Shown here: piece by piece, positions 61,373-64,000 of the stretch
Layout: the number at the start of each line of letters is the position of its first letter
Position numbering within the stretch: position 1 is the stretch's first letter
Source of the DNA: Lophium mytilinum
Lineage: Eukaryota
DNA length: 64,000 bases
Direction: 5' to 3'
Assembly: GCA_010093605.1 (NCBI GenBank)
Contig: MU004184.1
Span: forward strand, 1,374,801 to 1,438,800
Program-made: the position numbers and the translations under genes
Notes under the pieces: model-generated
Databases searched by the model: none
The model's input: only the letters and a program-made list of their open reading frames with translations
Told to the model about the DNA's origin: nothing

Positions 61373-63014
61373 GGACGCAATGCAGCGATTCTTGCTTCTG
61401 GGGGGACTGCTCAGTGAATTGGATATACCCATCGCCGGCGTTTCGGGTGGCTTTTCATAGCGCGTACATATAATGCATGGATGGTCCTGGGTTTGAGGCC
61501 AGCAAGTGTCTAGGAAACGCTGAGCTGTTCACGTTTTGAAGGCTGAGTGAGGCGCGCGAAGGTTCCAGCACTCTTGAATTGACCGCGCTGCCACACACGT
61601 GTCTGCTAAAGAGATCATCCCGGCTCCGCCTTGGGGCTCCAATTCATTCGATAGCAAGCTCCCACGGCCGCGGATTGGGCACCGAATGTTGGGCTTTCGT
61701 CCCGGCCCGGTCATCGAGGCTCTGTCCAGGCGTCCTGCAGCTGGCAGCTGGCAATCGCAAGCGTCTCGATTGGCTAGATTGGAGGTTTTAGCGCCGTAGC
61801 GTCTCTCTCGCGGTCGCCCAGAGGCTGCCACGTAGTAGGGTTGTAGAGTGACTTGCTGCCCGAAAACTACACAGGATCCATACGCGACCGTCGACGAGAA
61901 TGCCAGGGCATCACTGTGCCACGGCCCGCAGCGTGCTGAAAATAGGGCGGTGACTCCCAGCGCTTCGACAGTTTCGCGAGGCCATAAATACAGAGAAGAA
62001 GGCTGGAAAGCGCTTCAAATAATACCCAACTCAATCGTGTCCGCAGCTGTCATTCTGGCCTGCATATCTCATCCTCACGACCGCTTTTTCTGCACATCTT
62101 GCTGCTAGCCCACCGAAACAGCTAAATGTTCCAATCAGACCAGAGAGTTTACTGTTATCTAATTCGCCGGAGAGGTCGTCGCAAGCCCTGAAATCCTTGC
62201 ATTGTTGACTGCATGCCCCGACCTTCGCCCACAACAACTCACCATCCCCGAGGAGACTAGACGGATTGTTACAATCCCACAGCACTCGCCAGCACCCTTC
62301 CTCAAACACCACCCAAACATCATCACTCAATCCACACTCAGCCCCCGCCGGACCGGCCTGCCTGTTCCTCTGCAGCCGCATTGCCGACCTTTGACGCCAG
62401 ACATATATGACAGCAGGGGAGTCCCCGCATCAGCCAATACACCACCCTTTCGCGCTGTCCCCGATCGTCATATCCACACAACCAAGGCTGCACCCAATCC
62501 CCCAGGCCCCGTTTCTCTCGCCGCCCAAAGTCCAATTCCAGCCGTCGTCTGCCAACCCGAACCGCTCTTCGTGCCGATCCAGGAGCCAGGACAAACTTGA
62601 CAGGCTGCCTCAATCGCGATTTGCGTCAGCACCTGCTCAAACAGCCTCCAGACACGGCCGAGCCACACAGCGATCCCGCCCTACCGCACTCTCGAGACAA
62701 CCCCCCTATCGGCCTAAGCCATAAGATATACCCCCGAGGCCTCGCCCCTCTCTCCCCGCGCCTGAGTGAGCCCTACAACTCTCTCACCAACACGACTACG
62801 ACCTCTCGTTTGCAAGACGCAGCCCCCTCGCCGCAAACACCCTCCGCCTGCCACTCGTCCTGCAGTCCTGCGCTGCGCCCCTCCACACCAACGCCGGCCC
62901 GCGCCGCCTGTGCAGCATCCCTCGAGTACCGTCGTCTCGCTCAAGGTTATCGCATCTCGCCCTCTCTCTGGTAGAAAGGGTTGAGTGCGATAATTCCTTG
63001 CACCACACAGCTCC

Positions 63015-64000
63015 ATGCCGTTAGTCGTTGCCCTTCCTAACCGTCCGCCTGCTTCTCGCGCTGCTTCTCGTCCTGCTTCACGTCCTGCTTTGAATCCCCG
63101 CCGGTCGCTTTCGCGCCGTCCCCCTGTTTCGCGCCGCGCTGCTTCTTCTTCGTCTGGTGCCAGCCCGCCGCCCACGACCACCGTCATCACCTCCACCATG
63201 GGCCAAGGCAATACTGACGTCTTGCTCTCTTTTAGGAGAAACATCACAGTCAACCACTCGACTGGCTCCGAGCAGAATTCCTATTCCGACGAGGAAGATT
63301 CCTCTGGCGTCCAGGTGTCGGCGCATTCTGGCAGCCACGACGAATACACCGACTCAGCCGAGGAGGAGGAAGAAGAAGAAGACTGGGACTACATAGAGGA
63401 CGAGATCGAGCCGTCCGACTCTGCGTCGCGCCCACGAGCACCGCCAAAGCAGCACCGCTCCGTCCCGCAACCCGCGCCTCGTCCCCCGCCTGCCCCCCGT
63501 GCCCGATCCCATCGCGCTCCCGCCCGAGACCCACCCGTCCGCCATAGGTCCGCCAGGTCCTCCAGGTCCTCGAGCAGACATCCCCGAGAGAAGGAGCCGA
63601 GGCAGCGACATAGGCGGCCCGAGTCCGTCCACTCTGACAGCCTGGACGGCCACGACGACTATCCGGGCTACGCCCGTGGCGGCCACCAACCTCACCCAAG
63701 CCAGCAATGGGCTCACGTACAGCAGCAGCAGCCGCCTCCCAGCGGCTATGCGCCCAGTTTAATGTCGGGTGCGGGTGGTCCTCCGTATAATCCCTTCACT
63801 AATGGAATGGCACCGCCTGGCAACTCGTTGGTTCCCTTCTCTCAGGGGGGCGATCCTTACGGCGGCTATGGTCCGAACCCGTTCGCATCGCCGCCTCCTC
63901 TTGCACCCAATGCAAACCCATTTGCTCCAGCTGGCGGCGTTGGCGCAAATGGTGGTTATTTCCCTCCTCCGGATGGACAGCGCCCAGGCAGGGGAGGACA
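63015..64000 (+). CDS. Partial low-complexity acidic, Pro/Gly-rich hypothetical protein running off the window
   Basis: Frame from the ATG at 63015 reads through an acidic tract and DEIEPSDSASRP into Pro/Gly/Tyr-rich sequence. The true start is uncertain because ACTGAC...TTTTAG near 63235 resembles an intron 3' end. Confidence 0.6.
   Translation, partial: MPLVVALPNRPPASRAASRPASRPALNPRRSLSRRPPVSRRAASSSSGASPPPTTTVITSTMGQGNTDVLLSFRRNITVNHSTGSEQNSYSDEEDSSGVQVSAHSGSHDEYTDSAEEEEEEEDWDYIEDEIEPSDSASRPRAPPKQHRSVPQPAPRPPPAPRARSHRAPARDPPVRHRSARSSRSSSRHPREKEPRQRHRRPESVHSDSLDGHDDYPGYARGGHQPHPSQQWAHVQQQQPPPSGYAPSLMSGAGGPPYNPFTNGMAPPGNSLVPFSQGGDPYGGYGPNPFASPPPLAPNANPFAPAGGVGANGGYFPPPDGQRPGRGG

Overview
Gene-dense eukaryotic DNA from a filamentous ascomycete, probably a Dothideomycete (inferred from short GT-AG introns with CTRAC branch points and from introner-like introns). 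About 19 protein genes are supported, including SDH2, clathrin heavy chain, pyruvate carboxylase, Cym1, condensin Brn1, sphingolipid C9-methyltransferase, transporters, a kinase and two micro-proteins. Three things are not explained by the gene list. (1) A family of degenerate ~60-80 bp non-coding units with rigid internal spacing (CACGC, 29 bp, TYACAGATYYAACYG, 34 bp, GACGCGGCGTG) forms repeat-spacer arrays at three loci (13.3-13.9, 47.2-48.3 and 54.0-54.6 kb), each between convergent genes. (2) Homologous hairpin introns are shared between pyruvate carboxylase and an unrelated MFS gene; a ~155 nt core appears inverted in one intron and nested at the hairpin apex of a different intron family. 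(3) A structured H/ACA-like, possibly snR30/U17-like, RNA candidate lies at 30.45-30.67 kb. All alignments, folds and identities were done by eye, and no database search was run.
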